DNA of 64,000 nt from Candidatus Moraniibacteriota bacterium (GTDB lineage Bacteria > Patescibacteriota > Minisyncoccia > Moranbacterales > UBA1568): NCBI GenBank assembly GCA_030648835.1, contig JAUSGT010000002.1, positions 309,458-373,457 of the forward strand. The letters are read 5' to 3'. The first letter of the stretch is position 1; each line of letters begins with the position of its first letter. The position numbers and the translations under genes are program-made. This document shows, one piece after another, positions 48,222 to 58,913 of the stretch. A model generated the notes under the pieces. It was not told the DNA's origin, did not search any database, and worked only from the letters and a program-made list of their open reading frames with translations.

Positions 48222-49549
48222 AAGATTTTTTTCGGCTTTAATCCGGTTAATTTCGACCAGCGATTCAGAATCACCTCAGCGTAGATGGGGCTTTTTTCCA
48301 TCAGAAAACACTTGCGCTGCATTTTCACCGCTGCAATCAAAGTCGAACCGCTTCCACCATAGGGCTCAAAGATGAGATCGCCTCGCTTGGTCAGTATCTT
48401 GATGTAGGGAATAAGTATTTCCAGAGGTTTCGTGCCGAAAATAATTCCCTGTCCGGAAGATTTTTCATCGGCAGCGATATGCTCAATAAAATCAGTTGGG
48501 CAATACTTCTTGCCTTTGCCATAAGATTCCCAGTGGGGACTGCCCGAGGTTGCGAAAAGCGCCGTTTCGTATTCGGTTTGAAGCAATGCATCCGATTCTG
48601 GTTCAACGTTCAGCTCAACCTTGCCCGAAGTGCCGACCATTGCGAAGTCATGCTTATTGAAGAATTTATATTTGGCGCTAAATCCTTGAACGCGATTGGG
48701 GATATGCCAAATAATTGTATTTCTGTATTTCCAATGTTTTTCTAACTCATTCCAGATAGTCCGAAGATTTTTTGGATTCTCATAGACGATGATCGAAAAG
48801 TCTGGCTCCTGAATCTTGGCGACATTGTTCATCCAGAGTTCGGTAAAGTTGTCCGGGAGTGTTTCAGTGCCTAGATACACTCGATCGCGTTTTAACCCGA
48901 AGCCTTTGGTTACATTGCCGTTTTTCTTTTTCTTACCCTTGAGGTAATCCAGAAGATACGGAGGGTCCGTGAAGCACATATGCGCCTTATGTCCGTCAAA
49001 AAGTGTTAGAACATTTGCTTCAATTGTGGAATCCCCAATCATTACTCTGCTACCGTTTAGGTCGTATACTTCGCCGCTCTTTACTTTGATTTTTGTTATG
49101 TCTAACTTCGCCAGTTCTTTCTCTAAATCAAATACTTCTGGCGTTTCATCAATTCCAAAAATTTCGTCCATTTCTTCGCTCGAGAACCCAACGCTCCCGA
49201 GGAACTGTTCGCTGAAGTTGGAAAGAATATCCCAATCGAACTCGCCGGTGTTTTTATTCAGGCGAATATTCAGTTCCTTTTCTTTTTCCAAATCAGGAAT
49301 AGAAATGTATACCACTGGTACCTCTTTGATGCCGAGCTTCTTGGCCATAGCCAGGCGGAAGTGGCCACCGATGAGAATGTTCATTCGTTCCGATGCCGAA
49401 TTTACTACGAACGGGTCGACCAACCCGAATCGTTTGATACTTTCCTGAAGCTGGGTTTCTGCCTCCTTGCTCCATTTGCGCGGATTATATTCTGACGCCT
49501 TGAGGAGCGTGACGTCGACGTACTGCACCTGCAATTTTTCTTTTGGCAT
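48218..49549 (-). CDS. ParB-like N-terminal domain fused to N4/N6 DNA methyltransferase
   Basis: YNPR, GGH.R (ParB/Srx); DPPY and EPYGGSGST (MTase). Confidence 0.88.
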   Translation of the reverse strand: MPKEKLQVQYVDVTLLKASEYNPRKWSKEAETQLQESIKRFGLVDPFVVNSASERMNILIGGHFRLAMAKKLGIKEVPVVYISIPDLEKEKELNIRLNKNTGEFDWDILSNFSEQFLGSVGFSSEEMDEIFGIDETPEVFDLEKELAKLDITKIKVKSGEVYDLNGSRVMIGDSTIEANVLTLFDGHKAHMCFTDPPYLLDYLKGKKKKNGNVTKGFGLKRDRVYLGTETLPDNFTELWMNNVAKIQEPDFSIIVYENPKNLRTIWNELEKHWKYRNTIIWHIPNRVQGFSAKYKFFNKHDFAMVGTSGKVELNVEPESDALLQTEYETALFATSGSPHWESYGKGKKYCPTDFIEHIAADEKSSGQGIIFGTKPLEILIPYIKILTKRGDLIFEPYGGSGSTLIAAVKMQRKCFLMEKSPIYAEVILNRWSKLTGLKPKKIL

Positions 49550-49708
49550 AATGTTTGCCTTAATGTTTATCAGGCACTCCTGCCTGTCAGGCTATATGCT
49601 GAAATTTCAGCCACTAAGAAACCTTTGCTTTATATGAAGCAATAAAATATTTTGCATAAAGAAAAAAGCCCGCTGTAATTTCAGTGGGCTACTAATAATC
49701 AGATTGGG

Positions 49709-50686
49709 TTAGTATGAATCTTCGTTTGGCTGAGGGTCTTCTTTGAATCCTTTCTTTTTCCGGGTAATAAACGTTTCCCCGCTACCCCTTAGACCAACGG
49801 GTGGTATAAGGATAAATCTAGAATGATAGTATCCATATTCTGAATAATTGAAAAACGGTTCTTCGTCTATACCGAATACCTGCCTCAGATGCTTTGATAG
49901 TATACTCTTAGTCGCATGAAGAGCATCCTTTTGTTTGAAATGTTCGTTACCAAGTAAATTATTTACCGTTGGTTGCTCACCTTTCCCCAGCTTAAAAGCC
50001 GAGAGTAAAAGGAGGAGAGTCCAGGCTTTGTTCGGAGTTTTATCTTTAGTGTTTGTTTTTACAAACCGAAGAACTTCTCGATCGAAACGACCGATAAATT
50101 TTTTCCCACATCGGATTTCTACCTCAATGTCGCTGGTAAATGCGAAGGTGATGTCTTCCCATCGGGTACCTGATGGCAATGTTACTATGGCTGTTCCTGA
50201 AAGGAGTTTTTGTGCTCTCTCCTTTGCTCGTTCCTCGACTTTCTCAAGAACTCTATTGGTTATAGTCTCAACGAGATCATCCTGGTGTAGGACTACTTCT
50301 CGCGTCTGTGGTCTTATCGGTCGAGTGGCGATAACTTCCGTTGGGATGTTGGGGACAAAGCGATTCCAAGAATCAACTATCTGACTGACGGATAGTACGA
50401 TCCGCTCCCGTTCTTTTTGAGCCCTTTGGATTTGTTCCTGCAGGTTGCCAAAGACTTCAAATGCATGTCTGTAGGTTTCGACAGCATAGTTCATCTGTTT
50501 TGCTAGGTTTTGCAAAGCCCCCGCTTGTTGCTGGAAGAACTGGTGGAGCAGAACCCGTTGTCTGAGAAACGGCTCTATATTGAAGGCAATCTCTTTTTGG
50601 ATGGCTAAAACATTAAACATAGGCACTAAGGCCATTTGTTGTGTGCTTTTTCCTTTTGGATTGGACGCTTTACTTTTGACTTTCAT
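49709..50686 (-). CDS. Hypothetical protein, coiled N-terminus, possible C-terminal DNA-binding domain
   Basis: 325-aa ORF divergent from the Xis-like gene. Confidence 0.65.
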   Translation of the reverse strand: MKVKSKASNPKGKSTQQMALVPMFNVLAIQKEIAFNIEPFLRQRVLLHQFFQQQAGALQNLAKQMNYAVETYRHAFEVFGNLQEQIQRAQKERERIVLSVSQIVDSWNRFVPNIPTEVIATRPIRPQTREVVLHQDDLVETITNRVLEKVEERAKERAQKLLSGTAIVTLPSGTRWEDITFAFTSDIEVEIRCGKKFIGRFDREVLRFVKTNTKDKTPNKAWTLLLLLSAFKLGKGEQPTVNNLLGNEHFKQKDALHATKSILSKHLRQVFGIDEEPFFNYSEYGYYHSRFILIPPVGLRGSGETFITRKKKGFKEDPQPNEDSY

Positions 50687-50715
50687 AGTTGTAAACTAAT
50701 AGTAACTCATATCTT

Positions 50716-50916
50716 ATGAAGAATCAAACGAAGAAAATCGAGGAATACCCGGAGATTTTGACGCTCCAGGAAGCTTGTGAGGTTTTGAATTGCCACCCAA
50801 ATACGCTTCGGAATTGGGATAACAAAGGCATCCTCAAGGCAATTCGGTTTGGCACGAGGAAGGACAGAAGGTACAAAAAGGAGGATGTGTTGAAAGTTAT
50901 CAATAAAGGCCACTAA
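50716..50916 (+). CDS. Excisionase/MerR-type HTH protein
   Basis: LTLQEACEVL.CHPNTLRNWD..G.L...R.G...RRY. Confidence 0.85.
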   Translation: MKNQTKKIEEYPEILTLQEACEVLNCHPNTLRNWDNKGILKAIRFGTRKDRRYKKEDVLKVINKGH

Positions 50917-50919
50917 AGT

Positions 50920-53862
50920 ATGGCGAAAATTACTTCCTATCATGCAAAATATTTTGCCCACGAGCTAACTAAGCGGTGTTCTTCGGATAGCTTAGAAAAA
51001 CTATCCTCAACACTTTCTAACGCTCAAGTTGATCTGAACCCTCATCAGATTGAGGCGGCACTTTTTGCATTTAAATCGCCGCTTTCTAAGGGAGCAATTC
51101 TGGCTGACGAAGTTGGTTTAGGGAAAACAATTGAAGCCGGCTTGGTGCTGTCTCAAAAATGGGCGGAACGAAAAAGAAAGATTTTATTAATAGTGCCGTC
51201 TAGTCTTAGAAAGCAGTGGAACTCAGAACTTCGAGAAAAGTTTTTTTTGCCATCAATAATTTTAGAAGCAAAATCTTTTAATCAAACTGTCAAAGAAGGT
51301 AATCTCAACCCTTTTAATCAGGATAACGCAATTATCATTTGTTCTTATCACTTCGCTAGAGCCAAATCATCCTATATCAAACAAACCCCTTTTGATTTAG
51401 TGGTTATTGATGAAGCACATCGTCTGCGTAATGTTTATAAAACGAGTAGTAAAATTGCCCGAGAAATAAAAGATGCCATTCAAGAATATCCTAAGCTACT
51501 TCTCACTGCCACTCCTTTGCAAAATTCTTTACTCGAGCTATACGGATTAACCAGTATTATTGACGACCATATTTTTGGGGATCTCAGTAGTTTTAAGGCG
51601 AATTATGCCAAAGTTTCACGAGAGCAGGATATTTACGAAAACGAGCTTGGTTTAGTTGAGCCGAGACAAGAAATGTTTGCTGATTTGCGTAATAGACTAA
51701 AGCCAATTTGTATTCGTACACTGCGTCGCCAGGTTTTGGAATATATTAATTATCGCGATCGCAAACCAATCACTCAGGACTATGTACCGACTGAGCAAGA
51801 AATTGAACTTTATGATGGGATGACTGAGTATCTTCAACGCCCACGTCTTTATGCTTTGCCGTTTAGCCAGCGTCAGCTTATGACGCTTATTTTACGCAAA
51901 CTTTTAGCCTCGTCATCATTTGCTATTGCCAGTACGCTCAATGGATTGGTCTATAAGTTAGAAAAATTGGAAGAAGAAATAAGAAAAAAATCAGCGGTGT
52001 TAGACGAAACACTTCCTTTAGGGATTGAAGAAAATTATGAGGCTTTTGAAACTACAGCTGATGAATGGATTGACGATGAGGAAGAAGAGATTGATGACAA
52101 GATAAAAGAAAAGAAAAAGTATACACTCGAAGATATTCCTTTGATTCAATCAGAAAAAACAGACCTAGAAAAATTTAGAGACTTAGCAAGAGCCATTTTC
52201 AAAAATTCCAAAGGAGAATCCTTGCTCATTGCTTTAGAAAAAGGTTTCGAAATGACTGCAACGCTTGGTGCTCAGAAAAAAGCAGTTATTTTTACAGAAT
52301 CAAGAATCACTCAGGATTATCTCTGGAAACTACTTTCGGATAGTGGTTACAAAGACAAAATGCTCTTATTCAATGGTTCTAATAATGATCAAAAGTCAAA
52401 AGATATTTATGCTGAATGGTTGAAGAAAAATAAAGACACTGACAACATAACAGACTCGAAGACCGCAGACCTTCGTGCCGCACTGGTGGACTACTTCAAG
52501 TCGGATGCCGAGATTATGATTGCTACTGAAGCGGCTGCTGAAGGCATCAACCTACAATTCTGTTCACTTGTTATCAACTATGATCTCCCATGGAATCCTC
52601 AAAGAATTGAGCAGAGAATTGGCCGTTGTCATCGTTATGGACAAAAACATGATGTAGTTGTGGTCAACTTTGTAAATCGAAAAAACGCTGCTGATCAGCG
52701 CGTTTATGAACTGCTTGATCAAAAGTTCAAACTTTTCAAAGGCGTTTTTGGGGTAAGCGATGAAGTGCTTGGTAGTATTGAGTCAGGGGTTGATTTTGAA
52801 AAACGTATTGCAGCTATTTACCAATCCTGTCGCACCGAGGAGGAAATCAACAATGCTTTTGACACCTTACAGACAGAAATGGACGATTCGATTCAGGAAG
52901 GCATGCGCGGAGCGAAAGAAAAACTTCTGGAAAATTTTGACGCGGATGTACATGAAAAACTCAAGATAAATTTGCGTGAGAGCAAGGGATATTTAGAAAC
53001 TTATGAAAAGTGGCTCTGGGATATCTCTCAGTACTTTCTAGGTGACAAAGCGGTTTATGCTGAAGATGAATATTCTTTTACACTTAAACGCAATCCATTT
53101 CCTGATGAAGATATTGATGAAGGTCCTTATAAAATTGGTAAAAATATTGATGATGCTCACATTTACCGTCCAGGACATCCTCTGGCTGAGAGAATTTTGC
53201 GTGAGGTAAAAGCACAGTCGTTATCAAGCGCTGAAATAGTTTTTGATTATTCCAATCACGGAAATATTATTTCTCCAATTAAAGAGTTGGTTGGTACTAG
53301 CGGTATTTTACAAGTATCAGAATTGACTATTGACTCGTTTGAAACCGAAGACAATATTCTGGTGACAGCAATAAAAAACAATAGCGAAGTAATTGAAGAA
53401 GATGTCGCAAAAAAACTTTTCTTACTCAGTGCTGAGGTGAAGGGAGATACTATCAAAACAGTAAGCGAAGAGGTTCAACAAAGAGAGCAGGAAAAGGTAA
53501 ATATTCTTACTGCAAGCATTGCCGGACGTAACAGCGAATTTTTTGATGATGAGGTAGACAAGCTTGATAAGTGGGCTGAAGATGTGAAAAAGAGTATGGA
53601 AATAGAACTCAAGCGTATGGATATTGATATTAAAACAATGAAAACGAACGCCAAAAAAGTCTTGAATTTAGGAGAAAAGGTAAAACTTCAACGAGAAATA
53701 AAGGATTTAGAAAAGAAACGAAACGATATGCGTCAGAAACTTTATAAGGCACAAGACGAAGTAGATGTGAAGAAAGAGAATTTACTGGAGAAAGTAGAAG
53801 CACAGCTGAAACAAAAAATGACGCTTGCACCATTATTTACAATACGATTTAAGGTGATATAA
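50920..53862 (+). CDS. SNF2-family helicase
   Basis: LADEVGLGKT, DEAH, LTATP.QN, EGINLQ, YDLPWNP.RIEQRIGR. Confidence 0.93.
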   Translation: MAKITSYHAKYFAHELTKRCSSDSLEKLSSTLSNAQVDLNPHQIEAALFAFKSPLSKGAILADEVGLGKTIEAGLVLSQKWAERKRKILLIVPSSLRKQWNSELREKFFLPSIILEAKSFNQTVKEGNLNPFNQDNAIIICSYHFARAKSSYIKQTPFDLVVIDEAHRLRNVYKTSSKIAREIKDAIQEYPKLLLTATPLQNSLLELYGLTSIIDDHIFGDLSSFKANYAKVSREQDIYENELGLVEPRQEMFADLRNRLKPICIRTLRRQVLEYINYRDRKPITQDYVPTEQEIELYDGMTEYLQRPRLYALPFSQRQLMTLILRKLLASSSFAIASTLNGLVYKLEKLEEEIRKKSAVLDETLPLGIEENYEAFETTADEWIDDEEEEIDDKIKEKKKYTLEDIPLIQSEKTDLEKFRDLARAIFKNSKGESLLIALEKGFEMTATLGAQKKAVIFTESRITQDYLWKLLSDSGYKDKMLLFNGSNNDQKSKDIYAEWLKKNKDTDNITDSKTADLRAALVDYFKSDAEIMIATEAAAEGINLQFCSLVINYDLPWNPQRIEQRIGRCHRYGQKHDVVVVNFVNRKNAADQRVYELLDQKFKLFKGVFGVSDEVLGSIESGVDFEKRIAAIYQSCRTEEEINNAFDTLQTEMDDSIQEGMRGAKEKLLENFDADVHEKLKINLRESKGYLETYEKWLWDISQYFLGDKAVYAEDEYSFTLKRNPFPDEDIDEGPYKIGKNIDDAHIYRPGHPLAERILREVKAQSLSSAEIVFDYSNHGNIISPIKELVGTSGILQVSELTIDSFETEDNILVTAIKNNSEVIEEDVAKKLFLLSAEVKGDTIKTVSEEVQQREQEKVNILTASIAGRNSEFFDDEVDKLDKWAEDVKKSMEIELKRMDIDIKTMKTNAKKVLNLGEKVKLQREIKDLEKKRNDMRQKLYKAQDEVDVKKENLLEKVEAQLKQKMTLAPLFTIRFKVI

Positions 53863-53866
53863 AAAT

Positions 53867-55570
53867 ATGAGCAATAACAAACAAAAACTAGAGCTCACGT
53901 GGATCGGGAAAAATAACCCCGAGTATGATATCTCCAACATTGAACCGCGCATCTTGGAAGAGCGGACTGATTTGTCATATGGTGATAAGGAGAGTGAGAA
54001 CATGATCATCCATGGTGACAACCTCCTCGCACTCAAGGCGCTTCTACCTGAATATGAGGGCAAAATAAAATGTATCTATATTGACCCACCATACAATACA
54101 GGTAATGCCTTTGAACATTACGACGATAGCGTGGAACACTCAACATGGCTCTCACTAATGAAGCCGCGGTTGGAACTTTTAAGAATGCTATTGAGTGAAG
54201 ATGGTGTTATTTTTATTCAAATAGACAATTCGGAGCAAGCGTATTTGAAAGTTCTATTAGACGAGGTTTTCCAAAGAAACAACTTTATTACGTCGTTTAT
54301 TCTTAAAGTTAGACATTCGGAACGAATGCTAAAAGGAGATAAAGATATTCATGATGTTGCTGAATACGTGCACTGTTATCAAAAATCAAATCAATTTAAA
54401 ATCTCAAAGAGAAAACAGGTAGTCGCAGATGATCCATACGAAGATTATCAGTGGGCAGTAAAAACAATTGGAACTGGAAAAACACTTGTATTGGGAAATA
54501 AAGAGTGCCGTGTTTTTAAGCCCGGTGAATATGAATTAACACGTTTAGACGGAAATAAAAGCGGGTTCAAAAAGATCAACATTCGTGGCGGACTAAGAGA
54601 AGGAAATAGTAGTGGTAGATTTTATGTTGCTCATATTGAACAAAGACTTCAGAATGATGGTTATAACGTTTTATACGAGGTACCTAATATTGGTGATGAT
54701 GGGACAGGACGCAGATATTTTCTTTTACCAGAAAATATGAAAAAGAAAAATGGTAATTATTTTCAGGGAGTACCACAAACACGAACTTCATCAAAAGATC
54801 TTCCATACCCATCTTTCTTCGATGTCTCTGCAGCTTTTAACCGTGTCGGCTACGAAGGAGTTGTCGAATTTCGAAATTCTAAAAAGCCGGAATCACTCAT
54901 TAAGACTTTTTTTGAAATAGCAAATTTGTCTAGCAACGATTGGATTTTAGATTCATTTCTTGGTTCTGGTACCACGGCTGCAGTAGCCCACAAAATGAAT
55001 TTTAATTATATCGGCATAGAAATGGGCAACCATGCTTATTCTCATGTCCATAAACGAATGAAAGCCGTTATTGATGGCGAGGATCATAGTGGAATCAGCG
55101 AAGCTGTGAACTGGCACGGAGGAGGAGGATTTAAATTTTATGAGCTTGCACCGAGTTTTATTGTGAAAGACGAATTTGGGAATCCTGTGATTGATAGTTT
55201 TTATAATGACGCTAAACTTATTAAAGCCATGTGTAAGCTGATGAACTTTACATATCAGCCAAGTCAAACAGAATATTGGAAGCACGGCGTGGGTCAAGGA
55301 AAGAACTATCTTTATGTTACTACTCAGCTTTTGACAAGCGGGATGATTCAGCAGATTGCAGGACATCTTACTGAGGGTGAGTCTTTGATAGTTTGTCCGA
55401 AGAAGTTTGAACCTGGTGCGGATAAAATTGATAGCCGTATTACTATTAAAAAAATACCGCAGTCGGTTCTGAAAGCTTGTCACTTTGGCAAAAAGGAATA
55501 TCTACTTCCAATCAAGGAATCCGCTCTGGAAGAGATAGAGGATGAATCACTAGAAGATGATAACGAATAA
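53867..55570 (+). CDS. mod: Type III RM methyltransferase (Mod)
   Basis: IYIDPPYNTG, KPE.LI, DSFLGSGTT, W.GGGGF. Confidence 0.92.
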   Translation: MSNNKQKLELTWIGKNNPEYDISNIEPRILEERTDLSYGDKESENMIIHGDNLLALKALLPEYEGKIKCIYIDPPYNTGNAFEHYDDSVEHSTWLSLMKPRLELLRMLLSEDGVIFIQIDNSEQAYLKVLLDEVFQRNNFITSFILKVRHSERMLKGDKDIHDVAEYVHCYQKSNQFKISKRKQVVADDPYEDYQWAVKTIGTGKTLVLGNKECRVFKPGEYELTRLDGNKSGFKKINIRGGLREGNSSGRFYVAHIEQRLQNDGYNVLYEVPNIGDDGTGRRYFLLPENMKKKNGNYFQGVPQTRTSSKDLPYPSFFDVSAAFNRVGYEGVVEFRNSKKPESLIKTFFEIANLSSNDWILDSFLGSGTTAAVAHKMNFNYIGIEMGNHAYSHVHKRMKAVIDGEDHSGISEAVNWHGGGGFKFYELAPSFIVKDEFGNPVIDSFYNDAKLIKAMCKLMNFTYQPSQTEYWKHGVGQGKNYLYVTTQLLTSGMIQQIAGHLTEGESLIVCPKKFEPGADKIDSRITIKKIPQSVLKACHFGKKEYLLPIKESALEEIEDESLEDDNE

Positions 55571-55575
55571 ATACT

Positions 55576-58401
55576 ATGAGACCTGAGGAAGCGCTCAAAT
55601 ACCTCAATGGCGCGATGAGTTTGCACGCTCCGCAAGTAAAGAGTCTGGAGCTTTTTGCTCATTATTTGCAGTCACCAGCTGGGCAAAAATTGTTGTTACG
55701 CATGAAAAAAGAAGTGCGTGGCAATACAGCTGAGATATTAGCAGAAAGCAAAGCATACTTCAGTACTGTTCCCGAAGCACGCGAGTTTGAGGAATATGAA
55801 AGAGCGTTCCCGGCTTACACCTTTGCACTCGCTACCGGCGTAGGCAAAACCAGGTTGATGGGTGCTTTCGTAGCATATTTGTATTTGGTATATAATATTC
55901 AGCACTTTTTGATTGTTGCACCAAACCTGACTATTTATCGCAAGCTCTATGATGATTTTAGTAAGGCAAATAATCCTAAGTATGTTTTTAAGGGTATTCA
56001 AGAAGTAAATACAAATACGGTAAAAGTCATTACCACAGAAAATTACGCTAACTATAGACAGCAATCACTCTTTCTTAATCAGATTGAAATCAATATTTTT
56101 AATATCCAACAGTTCGCACAGAGGGATATGACCAGTGAGCGCGGTATTACGAAAGCGTGGGAAACCGCTGGGGAGTCCTATTTTGACTATTTAAAAGCGC
56201 ATGATGATTTAGTGGTGATGTTAGATGAAGCCCACCACTACCATGCGGATGCGGCCCTTGGCGCACTCGATTTGATGGATCCTCTATTTGGACTAGAAAT
56301 GACTGCTACACCATACCTTGGGACTCAAGGTACGGGCAGAAATGCAAGACAAATCAGAATGAAAAATGTTTTGTATTCCTATAACCTTGGTGATGCTATC
56401 CGAGGCAAGCTTGTCAAAGATCCATGGATAGGCACTGAAGCAGATGTGGATTTCAGTCAATTTGATCCTGACTCTATTGATACTGACGCGCGCAAATTGC
56501 AACTGGCGGCTTTTTTTCACGAACGTGCTAAAAATGCACTGAAGGAGTATGCGTTGGAAAATAATAAGCCGATTGTAAAACCGGTTATGTTGGTGGTAGC
56601 AAAAGACACAACACACGCAGGAGAGTTACGCGCTTTGATTGATAGCGATAATTTTCGTGGTGGAGAATTTAAGGGAAAGGTTATTGAGATACACACTAAA
56701 CTTCGTGGAGATGAGGCAGATGAAAATATTGATAAATTAATTTCACTTGAACACCCCGATAATCCAGTGGAGATTGTGATTCACGTCAATATGCTCAAGG
56801 AAGGTTGGGATGTGACAAATGTGTATACCATTGCGCCTTTGCGTGAGGCAGCTGCCGCGATTTTGACCGAGCAGACAATCGGGCGTGGTTTACGCTTACC
56901 TTACGGAGAACGCACCGGCATACCTTTGGTAGACAGACTGGTGCTCGTTGCTCACGAACAGTTTGCTAAAGTTGTGGCACTTGCTAAAGACTCACCACTT
57001 ATTCAAGGACAGGTTGAACAAATTTCAGAGAGAGAAGCTAAAGAAGTTAAAGTGTTCACCGAAGTTCAGTCCGTTGCTCTTGATGCCGTTAAAGATGCAA
57101 TAACGCAAAATGAAGTGGTGATGCAAGAGGTTGAAAAACAAGTTGAAGAAGAGATTGCTAAAATGCCGCAAGCAGATTTAATGGATGAATCAGTAAAAGG
57201 AAAAATGAAAGAAACCAAGACAGATGAAAAAGTAACTGGCTTATCAAAAATTGTATGTGGAATTAATACATTTTCTAGTTATCACGGGCAAAAACTGAGT
57301 GTTTCACCAGAGCTGTCCTTTGGAACTGATACATTGTTTGGATTTTTCAGTGATGAAGCAAAAGGTGAGCTCTCAAGGATTGCAAAAAAATCTGGAGAGG
57401 CAATGGAAGAAAGAAATATACCAATTCCGCGTTTGATGCTTACCCCGCACTTTGGTGAACTTTTGATAGAACAATTTGATTTGGATACGAGTGTATTACG
57501 TACATATACTAATGAGCGAGCTATTCTTGAAGAACAATTACAAAATGATCGTGAGAAAAATTTATTTGATGAAGAAGTTCCAGGACGTCGAATGACTGAA
57601 GTAACAAGAATAAGCAGTTTTGGTGCGCATACGAGACAGACTCCACAAAGCACTATAATTGCTTCGCTTCTTGATTTTCCGTTGGTTGATTATGATGATC
57701 CTTCGCAAAAACCATTGCTTCTGAGATTAGCAGAGCAAGCTGTCATACATTATCGAGAAAAGGCGATTGATGAAGATAATCTTGCCCTGATTGTTGAAAG
57801 TAACGCGCGTACAATTGCCGAAGATATTTATCAGCAGATTTTGACACATAAAGAATTGAAGTCTGAGGGATATCTTGAGTCCGATGTGCGTGAACCGAAA
57901 CCATATTTGGAACAGTATAATATTTCCTTGTTGTTTGGAGAAAAACCTGTTTCTCTTGAATCACAGCTAAATACTTTTAGTGCCAAACTTGTCTATGGAC
58001 AGTTTCAAAAGGCCTGCCACTCAATGTATCGTTTTGATTCTTCAGATGAAGTACGTCTAGCGTATTTATTAGATCGTGAAGATTCAGTTGAAGATTGGTT
58101 ACGCCCAGCCCCTAATCAATTTGAGGGCTTGTATTGGCGTGATATAGAAGGAGAGTCTCATCATCGCTACGAACCAGATTTTGTTGTTGAATTTGAAAAT
58201 GAGATAGTAATGATAGAAGTGAAGCCGGAATTAGAAATCCAAGCTCTAAGCGTACAGGCAAAAAAACAAACCGCAGAAAAATACTGTGAGGTAGTGAATA
58301 AAAATATTGGAAAGTTTGGTATCATAAAGCCATGGCGGTATGTGATTGTTCCCACAGAAAAAATAACAATAAGTTCTACGATAGATGGATTGTTGAGTTG
58401 A
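55576..58401 (+). CDS. res: Type III RM restriction subunit (Res)
   Basis: ATGVGKT, DEAHH, TATP, LKEGWDV, Q.IGRGLRL; C-terminal PD-(D/E)xK (PDF...EVK). Confidence 0.92.
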   Translation: MRPEEALKYLNGAMSLHAPQVKSLELFAHYLQSPAGQKLLLRMKKEVRGNTAEILAESKAYFSTVPEAREFEEYERAFPAYTFALATGVGKTRLMGAFVAYLYLVYNIQHFLIVAPNLTIYRKLYDDFSKANNPKYVFKGIQEVNTNTVKVITTENYANYRQQSLFLNQIEINIFNIQQFAQRDMTSERGITKAWETAGESYFDYLKAHDDLVVMLDEAHHYHADAALGALDLMDPLFGLEMTATPYLGTQGTGRNARQIRMKNVLYSYNLGDAIRGKLVKDPWIGTEADVDFSQFDPDSIDTDARKLQLAAFFHERAKNALKEYALENNKPIVKPVMLVVAKDTTHAGELRALIDSDNFRGGEFKGKVIEIHTKLRGDEADENIDKLISLEHPDNPVEIVIHVNMLKEGWDVTNVYTIAPLREAAAAILTEQTIGRGLRLPYGERTGIPLVDRLVLVAHEQFAKVVALAKDSPLIQGQVEQISEREAKEVKVFTEVQSVALDAVKDAITQNEVVMQEVEKQVEEEIAKMPQADLMDESVKGKMKETKTDEKVTGLSKIVCGINTFSSYHGQKLSVSPELSFGTDTLFGFFSDEAKGELSRIAKKSGEAMEERNIPIPRLMLTPHFGELLIEQFDLDTSVLRTYTNERAILEEQLQNDREKNLFDEEVPGRRMTEVTRISSFGAHTRQTPQSTIIASLLDFPLVDYDDPSQKPLLLRLAEQAVIHYREKAIDEDNLALIVESNARTIAEDIYQQILTHKELKSEGYLESDVREPKPYLEQYNISLLFGEKPVSLESQLNTFSAKLVYGQFQKACHSMYRFDSSDEVRLAYLLDREDSVEDWLRPAPNQFEGLYWRDIEGESHHRYEPDFVVEFENEIVMIEVKPELEIQALSVQAKKQTAEKYCEVVNKNIGKFGIIKPWRYVIVPTEKITISSTIDGLLS

Positions 58402-58467
58402 ACTGAAGGCTTGATACTTTAGGGGCGAAGATGATAATTGAAAGAGTAATAGATTTGATTAAAAAAT

Positions 58468-58830
58468 ATGGAAATTGATGATAAAAAAATTGGACAAATA
58501 CTTGGAAATTTAGAATCTGCGATTGGAAAAATTATTAGAATAGATATGTGGTTGCCTGAAGCTATAGATTATGCTATAAATGGCCATCGTGGAACTTTGG
58601 ATCGAGCGGATATTGATAGAGCGACCAGGGAGAAAAAGGAGGATAATAAAATTCAAATAGAAATTGACAGTTTGCGTAGTCAAGTTGAAGAATCACAAAA
58701 ACAAACCCAAGAAATAAAGAAGCAGACGCGCTACTTATTGTATGCATTCATTATCGCTATTTTTAGTTTTTCATTAAATGCCATTTTGCAAATAAGCCCG
58801 AATCTGTTTGGCCTACTAAATACAAAATAA
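58468..58830 (+). CDS. Hypothetical coiled-coil protein with C-terminal TM
   Basis: 120-aa ORF. Confidence 0.6.
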   Translation: MEIDDKKIGQILGNLESAIGKIIRIDMWLPEAIDYAINGHRGTLDRADIDRATREKKEDNKIQIEIDSLRSQVEESQKQTQEIKKQTRYLLYAFIIAIFSFSLNAILQISPNLFGLLNTK

Positions 58831-58839
58831 AGAAGATGC

Positions 58840-58911
58840 CAACTTGTTTATAAACTCTACGATCTCACCCCAGAAGAAATTGAAATTATAGAAAATTCAA
58901 GTAAGAAATAA
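58840..58911 (+). pseudogene. Orphan 3' end of a type IIG-like RM gene
   Basis: Translates QLVYKLYDLTPEEIEIIENSSKK*, the typical C-terminal tail of fused type IIG RM enzymes; no upstream frame. Confidence 0.65.
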
Positions 58912-58913
58912 TC

